Shown here in pieces: positions 12,850 through 26,000 of a DNA stretch of 64,000 bases (position 1 is its first letter; each line of letters begins with the position of its first letter). The DNA lies in NCBI RefSeq assembly GCF_018350175.1, contig NC_058368.1:170750001-170814000 (forward strand). Reading direction: 5' to 3'. The notes under the pieces were generated by a model. That model had not been told where the DNA came from and ran no database searches. It was given only the letters and a program-made list of their open reading frames with translations. The position numbers and the translations under genes are program-made. Source of the stretch: Felis catus (Eukaryota).

Positions 12850-15440
12850 TTTTTTTATCAAGGTATGATTACATATAGGAAGTTTCACCTATTTTATTCT
12901 ACATCTCTACCTATTTTAACAAATGTATATAGTTGTATAACTACCACCACAAGATATACAAGTTCCATCATGCTAAAAAACTCTCCCATACTCGTTTGTA
13001 GTCAGTTCCTCCCTTATCTCTGAGAGCTAATCTATTTTCTGTCTTTGCAAGAATATTATATAAATGGAGTGACACAGCATATAGTCTTTTGAACATGGCT
13101 TCTTTCACTTAGGGTATTAGAGAGTCATCCAAGTTGCTGTGTGCACACTAGTTTGTCCTTTTTATTTCTAGATAGTATTCCCCTATATGGATGTGTCACA
13201 GATTGTTAATCCATTTTTCAGTTGAGGGATATTAGAGTTGTTGACAGTGTTTGATGATTATTAATAAGCTGACAAAAAGATTTGTTTTCAAGTTTGTGAG
13301 TGAACATAGCTTTCAGCTAACTTGGGCAAACACCTAAGAGTGAGTTGGATGGATTGTACGGTATTCTTAATTTTATAAGAAGCTGCAAAGCTGTTTTCCA
13401 AAGTGGCAGTACCATTTTGCATTCCCTCCAGTAGTGTATAGGTGTTAGTTGCTCTACTTGTTTGCCAGCTCATGGTACACACAGTCTCTCTCTTTTCTTT
13501 AAGGCGTTCCGTTAGGTATGTAGTTGTATCTCATGGTGGTTTTAATTTTCATTTCCCTAATGACTAATGATGTTGAGCATCTTTGTGCAAATTTTGCCAC
13601 CTATATATTTTCTTTGGTGAAGTGAAGTATATGTTAAAATCTTTGGTTCATTTTTGAAATCCATTATTTTTTATTGATTGGCTTTGAGTTTCTTTGTAAT
13701 TCTAGATAGAAGTCCTTCATCAGATACAGTGACTTGTAAAAATTTTCTCCCTGTCTCTGACTTTCAAAGAGTGGATATTTTTAATTTAACTTAGGTCCAG
13801 TTTATTCATTTGTTCTTTGATTTATTGTGCTTTGGTTTTGTATGTAAGAAATTATTGCCTAACTGAAGGTCACAAAATTTTCTTTCATGCTTATTTTTTT
13901 TCCCAAGTTTTAGAATTCTAAGTTTTATATTTATATCTGTGCTCCATTTTGAGAATTTTTTGGTAGAGTGTGAGTTTGGATAAACGTTTTTGTTTTGTTT
14001 TGCTTATTTGATGCATATGAGTATCCAACTGTTCCAGCACTATTTATGTTGGAAAGACTGCCCTTTCTTCACTGAATTGCCTTTTTTACCTTTGTTACAA
14101 ACCAACGGGCCCTATATGTTTATAACTGTATCTGGATTATTTTTTTTTATTACCTTCTTTTCCATGTTTATTCTTTCTCCAACACTGCTCTCTTGATTAC
14201 TGTAGCTGTGTACTAAGTCTGGAGATCAACTATGTGAATCTTCTAACTTTGAAGACAATGTGTATTCTGCTGTGTTTGTGTAGTTTTCTCTTAATGTCAG
14301 TTTAGGTTAGTTTAGTTAATAATGTTCACTCGTGCCCTGGGGCACCTGGGTGGCTTAGTCAGTTAAATGTCTGACTCTTGATTTCTGCTCAGGTCATGAT
14401 CTCACCAGTTTGTGAGAGCTCTCCCTGCAGCACGGAGCCTGCTTCGGATTCTCTGTCTCCCTGTCTCTCTGCTCATCTTCTGTGCACACACTCTCTCTTT
14501 CAAAATAAACATGTAAATAATAATAATAATTAAAAAATAATGTCCATGTCTTCTATCCTTGGTGATAATTTGTCCATTTATCCTATAATTTCCTGGGAGG
14601 GTGTGTTGAAGTCTCCAATTGTATTTGTGGATTTGTCTTTTTCTCCTTCAGTTCTATCAGTTTTTGCTTCATGTACTTTGAAGTGATGTTGTTAGGCACA
14701 TACACATTTACGTTTGTTATGTCATGCTGGGAAATTGACCCCTTCATAATTAAGTAATTTCTATCTTCATATTTACTCTGGAGTCTGGCTGACATGATAT
14801 TGATATAGCTATTTCTGCTTTCTTTTGATGAGTGTTTGCATAGTATCTCTTTCCTATAATTTTATTTTTAACATATATATGCCTTTATATTTAAATAGGT
14901 TTATTGTACACAGCATATAGTTTGATCTTGGTTTTTCAATCCAGTCTGCTGATCTTTGATTTTAATTAATGTGTTTATAAAGTTTATATTTAATGTAATT
15001 ACTAATATGATTAGATTAAGATCCACCATATTTTTAACTTTTATTTTTAATCTTTTGTTTCTTCCTCTCTCACATTTCATTTTTGATTATTACATTTTAG
15101 TTTCATTATTGATTCTTTTTTCTTTACTGATTATTTAAGTTATTTTATTCATTGTCCTAGGCTATACAATATACATCTTTAATTAATTAGAGTCTACCTT
15201 TAAATAATTTCATAATACTTAAGATGTAGTATAAGGACCCAACAGTATTTTTCTAATTTATTCCCCTCTTCTTTGTGCTGTTGTCATGCATTTTACTTTA
15301 CATATGCTATAAATACAATGCATTGTCAATAGTTTTGCTTTAGATAGTTATCTTTGAGACAATTAAAAATAAAGTTGAATTTTATATTTACCTCTACTTA
15401 TTCTGTTTCTGAAACCGTTTATTTCTTGTGTATATGTTAT
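12850..15440 (-). mobile_element. Ancient L1M fragments (3' end/ORF2 C-terminus plus EN region), interrupted by a CanSINE
   Basis: ORF 13288-13482 (LLEGMQNGTATLENS) and ORF 14583-14795 (YLIMKGSISQHDITNVNVYVPNN) are decayed ORF2 C-terminal and EN motifs. Confidence 0.75.
14339..14535 (+). mobile_element. CanSINE (tRNA-derived SINEC)
   Basis: ggggcacctgggtggcttagtcagttaa head, CT-rich body, A-rich tail. Confidence 0.9.
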
Positions 15441-15542
15441 GTCTTCCCAAAGTTTTTAAAAATGCGTTGAAATTTTTCTTCTCTATTGGCACATACACCA
15501 CCAGTTCCTAACTTTTCCTGACTCTGTTAAAAATGGATTGTG

Positions 15543-15772
15543 GGGGCGCCTGGGTGGCGCAGTCGGTTAAGCGTCCGACTTCAGCCAGGTCACGATCTCA
15601 CGGTCCGTGAGTTCGAGCCCCGCGTCAGGCTCTGGGCTGATGGCTCAGAGCCTGGAGCCTGTTTCCGATTCTGTGTCTCCCTCTCTCTCTGCCCCTCCCC
15701 CGTTCATGCTCTGACTCTCTCTGTCCCCAAAAATAATTAAACGTTGAAAAAAAAAATTAAAAAAAAAAAAAA
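15543..15772 (+). mobile_element. Young felid CanSINE (SINEC_Fc-type)
   Basis: Intact CpG-rich head with A/B boxes and a long A tail; TSD core ggattgtg at 15535-15542 / 15773-15780. Confidence 0.95.
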
Positions 15773-16561
15773 GGATTGTGAATGGGCAGTAAGGAACATG
15801 TTTGATTACTATAATTCGTTCGTGCTTACTCAGAATTTCAGAATCATAGGATTGAGTATGTCATAAGAGGTCCTTTAACCTAATATTCAAAGCGTGACAG
15901 ATTGACTTCAACTGATCTTATTTTAAGATTTATCGGAAGTTCTCTTTCTGAGGTTGTAACTTAAGCCTGCTTGGTCTATGAGCCTCTTTTGTCTCTATTT
16001 CATTGTCTTCCTCTCATGTGTAGAGAGGGAACATGAGGATCACACTGTCTGCTTTTTAATATTCTCTTTTTAGTATGTATGTGTCTTTCATGTGTGAAGA
16101 TAGTTATTGAGTCCTTTCTTGCCATTCCCCATTATACGTAAAACACATTCTGTACTTGAGTTTTTTATAGGGAGGTAGATCTACTTTTTCTCTGTATGTC
16201 TTTGACCATTTCTATAGTATTTTCTCCTGAACTTCTCACATAATTATTTTTGTTAGGGCATATATAAATAAATGGTAACAGTGTTCACCAAGATGAAAGA
16301 TCCAGAATCCTTGTGGGACTAATGTTGGCTCTGGAAGAATGCCAGGGCACCAAATGAATTGTTGTAAATTCACAGGGTCCCCTGTTCGCTTGCCCCTCTC
16401 CCTGGAGCCATATGGCTAATTTTACTCCAGACACATACTTCTAGGAAAGTTCAGGGACTTTGAATGAATTTGGTGGATGTCCTCCAAAAGCTATGTTCAG
16501 GTAGCATTCATTCAGTGTTCAAGTTTTGCTACCTGGACAAAAGCTATTTTCAGTAGCAAAA

Positions 16562-16601
16562 GCATTCAGTAGGCTCAGTTATGCCAGAGCCTACTGAATG
16601 C
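16562..16601. repeat. Perfect 15-bp inverted repeat, 10-nt loop
   Basis: gcattcagtaggctc (16562-16576) / gagcctactgaatgc (16587-16601). Confidence 0.95.
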
Positions 16602-16858
16602 AGCAGCCCTGGGCATGTTATTTGTATAGGGATGGGCCAGGAGGAAAAGAACAGAATGGAAAGCTAGAATTTTTCTGAGCAAACTGTATTTAGTTGTGAG
16701 GGGAAAAAATACTCTCAACAGTTGGGCTGGTCCTACGGAATAACTTATAAACACTTGTCAGTTATGAGGGAAACTGCAAGAGATACTTATTTTCAAGCTT
16801 TCCCCTTGATTTCATGTCCAGAGCATAACATTTTCTTTTTGTCTTTTTCCCCCTCAAG

Positions 16859-16937
16859 GGGTGCTACATCCATTGTGTACAGATGCAAACAGAAGGGGAC
16901 CCAGAAGCCTTATGCTCTCAAAGTGTTAAAGAAAACA
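16859..16937 (+). CDS. CAMK4: CAMK4 internal coding exon (exon 2 equivalent), 79 nt, (R)GATSIVYRCKQKGTQKPYALKVLKKT
   Basis: Polypyrimidine tract and AG at 16857-16858; donor GTAAGT at 16938. Translation matches CaMKIV residues 54-80 (Gly-loop end and the ALK catalytic lysine). Phase 2 to 0. Confidence 0.97.
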
Positions 16938-17234
16938 GTAAGTTTATTTCATTATATAACAGCATCTTTAAGGGATCTGTGACCTGGAGAAGTCAGGAAC
17001 CCTAATTCACAGGACAAGGAGGTCAGAGAATTGCTGTGTGCAGCTAACTCATTTGAATCTTTATTATGAGAGTGTAGCCAAATCTGTTGTTTTCTGATGG
17101 AAACTGTGTGCCTCTTTGAAAGCAACTGGATCTCGGATTGGATGTGGTTGTTGGGGATAAGTGTGGTAAGAAAAAGCATTTAGAGCTGGGAGATAGAACT
17201 TGCTTTGTATACCAGTCAAATTTTCAGATATATC

Positions 17235-17275
17235 TGTGTGTGTGCATGCGTGTGTGTGTGTGTGTGTGTGTGTGT
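17235..17275. repeat. (TG)n microsatellite
   Basis: Direct reading; ~300 nt downstream of exon 2. Confidence 0.95.
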
Positions 17276-19101
17276 ATTTTATATGTATATAAAATCTCCA
17301 ATCACAGTTTTATATACTAGAAAATCTTGCTGTTTAAAAATACCTAAGTGAAATACAAATAGAAGTATTTGTGAAAGGAGTCATCAGCTTCTAAGTTGAT
17401 TTTCAAATGTTGGGTTTGTTTTGGTAGAGTGCAACCAGACTAATGTTATCGTTTCAGGGACTGAGCCTGCTCATTTAAGAAGTCTCTATTTGAAGAAGGA
17501 GGAAGGATTGTGTTTTCTTATTGCTTCTTCTTGCCATATACTTGTAGATGAGCTGAGGGGGCAAAGGTACTTAGGCTCATCTCTAATGAGTATGAAATGC
17601 AGCAGGTGAGAGTTCATGATACAAATGGCAGCATCTAACACTACCTCATGGTAGTTTCTGCACCCCGGGGAGTATTTGTCACTTTAATACCCTCCTGGCA
17701 CTCTCTGTCCCTAGGGAATTTCCCCTTACAAAACCACAAAAACACACATTCTTCCTTTCTCAAATTCTATGTGAACACATATGTGGAATTTATATACTTC
17801 TGAAAACCCAGCTGTAAAGTATGCTGAGGAGAGAAATATAAATTTTGTAGTCAAGTAATACCTCTTTTAGGCCAAAGGATTTTTTTTTAAGTCAGCTTAA
17901 TATCACCAGCTGTTTATGTATATTGTCTGGCACAGGGAAATTTTAGAATCTCATATAATGAAGAAGAGAATAATGGCATGGGATTTTTTTCTATTGAGAA
18001 ATAGAATGACATTTTGAAATAATCTGTTAGAATTTAAAGTCACAGCAAAATAACAAAGAGTCTAATTGAAAAATAATTTAATAATTTAAATGGCAGTTGC
18101 TGCTATAAACCCTATATTCTGGATTTCCTACCTGGTGTAGGCAATGATTTAAGGTATTCCAGAATGTAGAGGAATCTTCTGATTGGTAAGTTTTGGTGTT
18201 TTCTCTTAAATCAATTTCTTAGAGTCATAACATTTATTTGAATTAGGATTATTAAAATTTTATGAAATGAACTTCCTATTAAATATCTGCTTTCTATGAA
18301 AATAAGTTGGCATGCTCTAGCAGTGGTCACACAAGAGATGTTTCTGGACTTCGCTATCTTCTTTCCTGCTGGTTAAAAAAAATTGTCAGTAAAATTTGTA
18401 AGTGGTTATTTTATTTTCGTAGTTGAGGAAACTCTAAAAAGGATTCGCTGTATGAATGTCTAGGAAAAGAAACACTCAAAACTGACATCAGAGTGCTCAG
18501 AATCCCAAAAGACAGAGGGCTGGTTTAGAAAATATTGGATTATGTAAAAAATCTTTGAATGAATTGGAATAAGGGACAGGCGAAGACATTTGGTGAGTTT
18601 GTGACTCATTCACTGGGAAACTAAAGCTCTGGTTTGCCCTTGCTGTCTTCTCTTCTCCACCTCTGTTGTGGAAACATCTTCCCTAGAAGACAGGCAGGAA
18701 GAAAATGTGGACGGGAACCAAGTGTCAGATTGAGCTGCAGAGCGGTGCTAGAAGGCAGATGTTGTCAAACACAGTTACTGCTGTGCCAAATGGAATAAGA
18801 GAAAATCCCCTGGGGAAACCCAAGTTTTGAACGTCAATTGGGTGGAATCTCCAGCATTGTCTCCTAGAATAAACTATTCACAGAGATGTGTAAACAAGAG
18901 AAATAGTAGGCAAAATCTCAGAAAGCAATTGCCTCCAGTGTTTAATTTCATATAGGTCATTAAGATACAACTTCCTTATCTAAATGAAATAAATGAATGA
19001 AGCCTAAGAATCTATTTAGAGAAGAAAAGCAATGCAGGGAAAATAAAGTATTTTCCTAGTGAATTCAGTTAAAGATCTCTTTCAGGGCAAAGGGGTCTTT
19101 A

Positions 19102-19270
19102 GGGGCGCCTGAGTGGCTCAGTCAGTTAAGTGTCTGACTTTGGCTTAGGTCATGATCTCACGGTTCGTGAGTTCAAGCCCTGCATCAGGCTCTGTGCTGA
19201 TAGCTCAGAGCCCAGAGCCTGCTTTAGATTCTGTGTCTCCCTCTCTCTCTGCCACTCACCTGCTCGTGTG

Positions 19271-19318
<48 letters not shown>

Positions 19319-19350
19319 AATAAATAAACATTAAAACAAAAGAAAAAAGA
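19102..19350 (+). mobile_element. CanSINE
   Basis: Typical head, (CT)n, tail; TSD aaaggggtcttta / aaagggggcttta. Confidence 0.93.
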
Positions 19351-19394
19351 AAAGGGGGCTTTAGAAAACTTGAATTATTTATGTAATCTATTTA

Positions 19395-19581
19395 TTAGAT
19401 TGAGCCACATGAAACTGCCTCTATTAAATCATTTTTTTACCTACAAAAATGGTAATTTTAAGGCACTTGCGGGGCTCAGTTGGTTGAGCATCCAACTGTT
19501 GATTTGGGTTCAGGTCATGATCCCAGGGTCGTAGGATTGAGCCCTGTGTTGGGCTCAGCTCTGAGTGTGGATCCTGCTTAA

Positions 19582-19638
<57 letters not shown>

Positions 19639-19729
19639 CTCTCTCTCTTTCTTCCCACCCCTTTGCCCCTACCCCCTCTAAAATTAAAAAAAAATTTTTT
19701 TTAATGGTAATTTTATGTGGTTCAACTAA
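19395..19729. mobile_element. MADE2-like mariner MITE split by a CanSINE
   Basis: Imperfect TIRs ttagattgagccacatgaaa / tttatgtggttcaactaa, flanked by TA at 19393-19394 and 19730-19731. About 80 bp once the SINE and one TSD are removed. Confidence 0.75.
19461..19702 (+). mobile_element. CanSINE inserted in the MITE
   Basis: SINEC body with long (CT)n; perfect 13-bp TSD aatggtaatttta at 19448-19460 / 19703-19715. Confidence 0.92.
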
Positions 19730-19857
19730 TAACTTTGGGACCACTATACTGCTTCACTTGTAAGTTCCTCAGGTCCTCATTTTACGACTGGACATAAACC
19801 TAAAAGGTCTGAAAGATTGTCTGTCTGTCTGCTTATCTATCATCTATTATCAGTCAG

Positions 19858-20345
19858 CTGTGAGAATTTCCTGGGTGTGGTGTAATAAACTGCCCAAACT
19901 GGAAGGCTTAAAAGAATGGAAATTTGTTCTCTTAGAGTTTGGAGGCCAGAAGTCTGAAGTCAAGGTTTTGGCAGGGTTGACTCTTGGTGAGGACACTGAG
20001 GGAGAACCTGTTCCATGCCTCTCTCCTTGCTTCTGGTGACAGAAGCCTGACTTGCAGATGGGTCACTCTAATCTCTGTCTCCGTTGGTACATGGCCATCT
20101 TCCCCCTAAGTGCCATCTCATCTTCCCTCTGTGCATTGTCTGTGTTCAAATTGTCCTCTTACAATGACACCATCCCTACTGGATTAGAAGTTGGCCCTGC
20201 TCCACTATGACATCATCCTACATTAACTACTTACATCTACAACAACCCACTTTCCAAATCAAGTCACTTTCAGAAGTGCTGGTGGTTAGGACTTCAACAT
20301 GTCTTTTTTTTGGGGGGGGCGCACGTTTGTGCCCATTATATGATC
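19858..20345 (-). mobile_element. MaLR (MLT1-like) solo LTR
   Basis: ggaggccagaagtctgaagtcaagg and ggttaggacttcaacat motifs typical of reversed MLT1. Confidence 0.8.
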
Positions 20346-21027
20346 TATAACAAAACACTTCTAAGGTGAATTTCAAAATATGCCATTCAATATTTTATCT
20401 GAAGATGAGTGAAACTTATTATCACATTCAAGAAAGTTTAATAAACCTAAGAAAACTTACCCAGGTTATAGGTGATTAAATTCACATATGAACATTTTTA
20501 AGTCCAAGAAAGATTTCCCATCTCTTTTACAGTTAATTATTTGATGACAATTATCCTCTCTCCTAGGATCTGTTTAAATACTTTTTCAGGACACAAGTTT
20601 ATTTTATGGCAATATTATGTACTTTTCTCTCAGCTTAATATTTGGGGGAGGATTTAGTTTACATTGGCAATAAGAGACTTACTCCCAATTCATCACTGAG
20701 AATCCATTAGGCACTCACATGTCTGAGTGATAGACAACAACTCTAATTTACCTATAGGAAGACAGACTAAAACACCAGCCCTTCTGGAGAAATCCATATC
20801 TCTTTGGTGGTCAGGTACAGGACAGACTTAATACTGATAATAAACCTAAAGTGAATTGTTGTGTTTAGGCCATTGGGTATTTTAACAAATAAAATATCTT
20901 TATGGGAAATAAACATATAATAAAAATATTTTTAATTACCATATATTTTATATATGGATATAATACCATGCACTTTATATATAGATAACTACATTTCTTA
21001 GAATTAGTATACATTAAAATACATATC

Positions 21028-21245
21028 GAGGTGCCTGGGTGGCTCAGTCAGTTGAGTGTCCAATTTCAGCTCAGGTCATGATCTCGCAGCTCATGAGTTC
21101 AAGCCCCACATAGGGCTCTGTGCTGACAGCTCAGAGCCTGGAGCCTGCTTCAGATTCTGTATCTCCCTCTATCTCTGCCCCTCCCCCACCTGTGTCCTAT
21201 CTTTCTCTCTCTCTCAAATAAATACAAACATTAAAAAATTTTAAA
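21028..21245 (+). mobile_element. CanSINE
   Basis: gaggtgcctgggtggctcagtcagtt head; TSD core acatatc on both sides. Confidence 0.92.
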
Positions 21246-22789
21246 AACCACATATCAACCAAGGTAATAATGTCTGCAACTTACTTTCAAATAGTTAAAC
21301 AATAAAAAAGTATGTGTGAGTATGTGTGTGTCCATAAGGGAAAAGAAAATATGGAAAAATCAACAATTACTGAATTTAGGACAGTATTTCATGCTGGTAT
21401 TTCAGCATTTTAGTATATATGAAAATTGTCATACCAAAAATTTGGGTTAAAACATACTTCAACATTGAGATCCTATTTTTCATACCTTAGCATTTCTTCT
21501 GGCTATTCAAAAAGCATTTCTAAATCACGCAGTTTCTAATTGTTATGATAAACATCAGTGACTGGCACTAAAGTGCCAGAAAACAGAAAATTACAGTCAA
21601 ATCAACTTTGTACCTGGACATTTCCAGAAACAATATGCATTCATCTCATTCATTATAATTCATCTCAGTCATTATAATGATAAAGCTTTGGGGACAGTAA
21701 GAGGAAACAAGAGAGGGAAATGAATTAAAAGGCTTTTGTGGTCATGCATTTGTTTAATTTTTTTTCCACTTAGAATTAATGGTCCTTGTACTGAAGTAGT
21801 CATCAAATCTCTAGGAGTGGCATCCATACTTACCTCTTAAGAAAAAGGTAGCCTGTTTTGTAAATGTTTTATTTTGAAACAGTTACAGGTTCGCAGGCAG
21901 TGCCATATCTTATTGCCCATAAGTACTTCATTACCTTGCATGTAAGAACTAATTGATTGGCAGATATCAATGGGATTTTTACTGTGAACTTTGTAAAACA
22001 TGAGTCAACGGTGAAGGAAACAAGACTTTTTTTCCTTCATGCCTGAGCCCTTCATCATCTCCATTTTTTTGTGATATTTAGAAGAAATTGAAGTAGAGAA
22101 GAAAGATTTACTAAGCTACTTCCTCAGATTAACAACTTCGGGGCATTAAAGGATTCTGATAGATACAGCTATTAGGACAACCAGTGATTTACAAGGTAGA
22201 ACCTTTTTACTGATATTACATGACTTTTGAATATGCTGAACTTAAAACTACATAAAATGAGAAAAATAGATTCAAAAAAGTGTCAAAATTTGAACAGATT
22301 AAGCAGATGGAACCTTCAGTTTGGACTGAATTTTGCTGAGTTGAAAGGAATCACAACTTTTGAAGAATGGCATAGTGATAATGTAGTTACTATTTCAGGA
22401 GAGAGTCACATGCTTTACCTTTCTTCCTTAGGAGTACATCCCTGAGGGTATATCTAAATAGTGGCACTTCAGCCCTATCAATATGGCTTATATTCAAGAG
22501 CTGATTAAGATTTAAGAAAATTATGCTCCCCAATCATTTATAGTGTCCCCGGAATTTTAGGGACAAATATTTGAATTCTAGAATTCAGGTGAGATTTCCA
22601 ACTGTGTGGCTCAGCTCTTAGTAGAGGTTGCATTCATCTTACTGTAAAATCCATGCCCTTTCATGAAATACCCAGTACTGAGTCTAAGAATTAATCTCAG
22701 CCTATAAATTCAGAATTTATGACTTTGAGAGCCAATCTCAGCATGTCAGTTCAGAATACGTAAGTATTCTGACTTTCCTTAAGAATGGC

Positions 22790-23030
22790 TCGGCAGCTGC
22801 GGGTTGTTATTATGGGCTCTGGAGCCAGACGGATGGAGTTCAAGATCACTTCTGCCAATTACTGCTTGTGTGGCTTTACAACAAATTATATAAATCTCTC
22901 AATCTTAGTTTCTTCATCTGTAAAATGGCTTTAAGAACATCTAACTCACGGTGTTTTCTAGTGAAGATTAAAATGAGAATTTGTGTAAAATATTTCTCAA
23001 CACCCAGGAAACTTGTAATAAATGGGAACA
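22790..23030 (+). mobile_element. MIR SINE
   Basis: ggctctggagccagac head and agtttcttcatctgtaaaatgg core. Confidence 0.75.
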
Positions 23031-26000
23031 TTATTCTTATTATTAATTATAATGAGTCCACACAGATATTTTATATTATGATGGTACCACTTCATTCTAT
23101 CCAATTCTAATGTTCTCATCCGTTTCATTTAAAACTGAGCACTAAGCAGTACCAGACATCCTGTGCAATACTGTATGAATAAGATTAATTATATTGTTTT
23201 TGGAGTGTTTTTAAAATTTCTGGTGAAAAGGGGTATATATGTTACTACCATTATCAATCAAATTTAACATGACACTAAATAAATATTTCTGATCCTATGA
23301 CCTACTTAAACAAGTCTAGGATGTTTGTGATTGCTAGATTTAGAATGCTTTCAATCTTAGGGCTCTATCCTTATTCTTACCATTGGAGCAATGTGACTAG
23401 ATCTACAATGAAGAAGCTGTTCCAGGTCTGAGTTTTGTCATATTTTAGTTATTGTAATGTAAAATTACCTATACATTTCTGTAAAGGTTTTTGTTGAATA
23501 ATTTAATTTACTAGAGAATGCCTTTATCTTTTAAAAAATTTTTGTAAGTGTGAAAAGAAGAAAGAGGCCTGTTACTGTCTTCTCATTTAGTTGAAGAACC
23601 ACACATTGTGATTTGCTAATCATTCTGTGAGTTAGTTTTTAATCTCTATTCATTTTTCCTTATATTCTTATGAGTTAACGATTGGAGTATATAAATATGT
23701 TGCGGGAGAATTTGAAAGGTTGCTCTAGATTAAACTGTAAAAGATACACAGGCCTCCTCCCCAATTCTTGGTAGGTGAATCTTCAGGACATCTTCATTGC
23801 AGGAGATTTCTGTGTTCCTCCATTCTAAAATAGAGTTAATACCATTTATGCCACTGGATAAACTGAAGATTACCTGTTCTTGTCTCTTTCTACCTGGCCT
23901 TGGGGAACACACAAAACTGACCATGGGCCATTCATATTCCATTTGTTATGATGTATGTGAGAGAGATGTCTGGGTCAATCTGAGTTAAACATATGCGTCT
24001 CTTAAATGTTGCCATAGCCACTTTTAACCACTCATGAATATCCTCTAAAGGTGAAGCAAGGTCACCTTTGGTCAGTGACGGAGAAGAAAATAATAAATCA
24101 CTAGCTCAAATGGACTTTTTGGGCCCAATTGAGGTCTCCAAACACATTAATGAAAGTAACTTGCGAATAACAAGCTGTGTCAAGTGAAGTGAAACTTCTT
24201 TAAGCATTCTGTCAGTTGAAACCTATTGATTTTCATAGGAACTATTAAGCTAGGTTTCCTGGAATAGGAACAGGGATATTTCTATTCAGTTTGTGACAGG
24301 TAAATGTCTACAAGAGAAAAGAGGTAGTGGGGTGGAATGTTAAAACCTTGGCCTGGTTTGTATGCTTTCCCATTCGGAGATTCACTTTGAAATCTGAACA
24401 TTCTTGCAGAGAATTAGTTGTTGAAGTGTGATATGTTTTCTTTTTTGATAGAAACGCTGTGAGAATCTGTCTCAATTCAGCTTGCTTATCAGTCCTCTCA
24501 TTATATTGAGCTCTCTTCAGGGTATTTTGTTGCCTTTTAAAAAATAAACACCATAATTCAGACAAGGAGCTGCAAAGGGTGGTGGGAGGTGAGAGAGAAG
24601 GAGAGACTGAGAATATAGGCACGTCCCCGTGTGCTGTTGCCTGAAAGAAAACACACTTTGCAGTGACGCCATCCACTCAGGCTATCACATTTAAGCCTCT
24701 AGTACTTTTATAAGTAGTGGGCGGCTGGATCTGAAGTGATCTTCTTCCTTTACGTGCAGTCTATGAAGCAGAAAAAAGAGATGCGTAACTAGCCGCAACA
24801 GAGGAAATCTTACAGGAAGAGCTTATGTTGCCATTCCATGGTAGAAGAAAGAGACTAGAAACTTCTCAGAGAGTTGAATTGGAACCACAGGAAAGGTACT
24901 GGGAGCAGGGAAGTTGACAGAAGCCAAGGTCAGAAGATCAGAGCTGGGGACTGGTGCCCGATGGGCCACAATCAGAGAACTCAGAGGGCCGGCAGGAACA
25001 CAGCCTACCAGCCTCAGAACAAACTTGGGATTTGTAGCTTGCAAAGAAGGGGAGAAGCTATAATATTATTGTTAACAGGGAAAAACATTTCAATAAATTT
25101 TGATTTTTATATTTATAGTACCACATTGAATGATGGTCAAAGCCAACTAGACAATATAAAAAGAGAGGCGAGAAAGAAGGCAAAAAAAAAAAAAAAAAAA
25201 AAAGGATCAAGTCATAGAACTCCAAAACCATTAATCTGCTAAAAAAGAGGGAGTGAATGACTTTGTGCAGAGGATATTAGTTAGAAGGGATTCAAATAAT
25301 TTTCAGTATTGAATTAGCTTTCAACTGCTTTTTTTTAAAGTAAGAATTCTCAAATCAACATATGCCACTTCAGTAGTTTTAACAGTAAAGGAGCATAATG
25401 CCAATAAGAATGGTGCCCACATTTAATTATTAAATATATTTGGCCCCTTTCACATGTTAACACAAAGTACCCCATGGGAGTATCTTACTTATGGAAGTTT
25501 TAGAAAAGAGATGTGTCCAAAGTACACAATAGCATATAGAACTTGAACCCAGGGCTTTTGAGTCCCAAATTTTGGTCCTTTCTATTTGTACCAGCCAGAT
25601 CCTGATAGAAGAAAGACCAAAAAAGGGCCAAAAAATGGTAGGAATGATCATGGTCCAGATCTGAGACTGAAACTGGACGTTGCTAATCTGATAAAGGATG
25701 AAAAAGCCTTTGTTGACAGAGACACAGAGAAACTGCATGCATTTCTAAGTCATACTGTGAAACAAAGGCAAATAATACTCCCTATGTGCAGAGAACACAG
25801 CAACATATTTATTTTCCAAATGCTGTTAAAAGCTTAGTTTGATGAGTCTCAGCACACAATATTCAGTAACAAATGAAAGAAGAATCACTGGAGAGTGTGT
25901 AATATACAACCACATACCTTGCTTGGTGTGAATCTCTTTGCTCTTTGTCTTAATGGTAGATGGAATGCAGTGACCCGGGCTGTGGCTGTGTGTATGGAAT

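Noticed and set aside
15543..15620. tRNA gene (A/B boxes)
   Set aside because: tRNA-derived CanSINE head followed by SINE body, tail and TSD.
15540..15740. Recurrent short ORFs (MGAPGWRSRLSVRLQPGHDL..., also near 19130, 21056, 46639) as a peptide family
   Set aside because: They are translations of CanSINE copies.
16722..16982. 86-aa ORF as a standalone small protein
   Set aside because: Only 16859-16937 is coding (a CAMK4 exon); the rest is intron read in frame.
21562..21579. 8-bp stem ctggcact-aa-agtgccag
   Set aside because: A stem this short is expected by chance in 64 kb.
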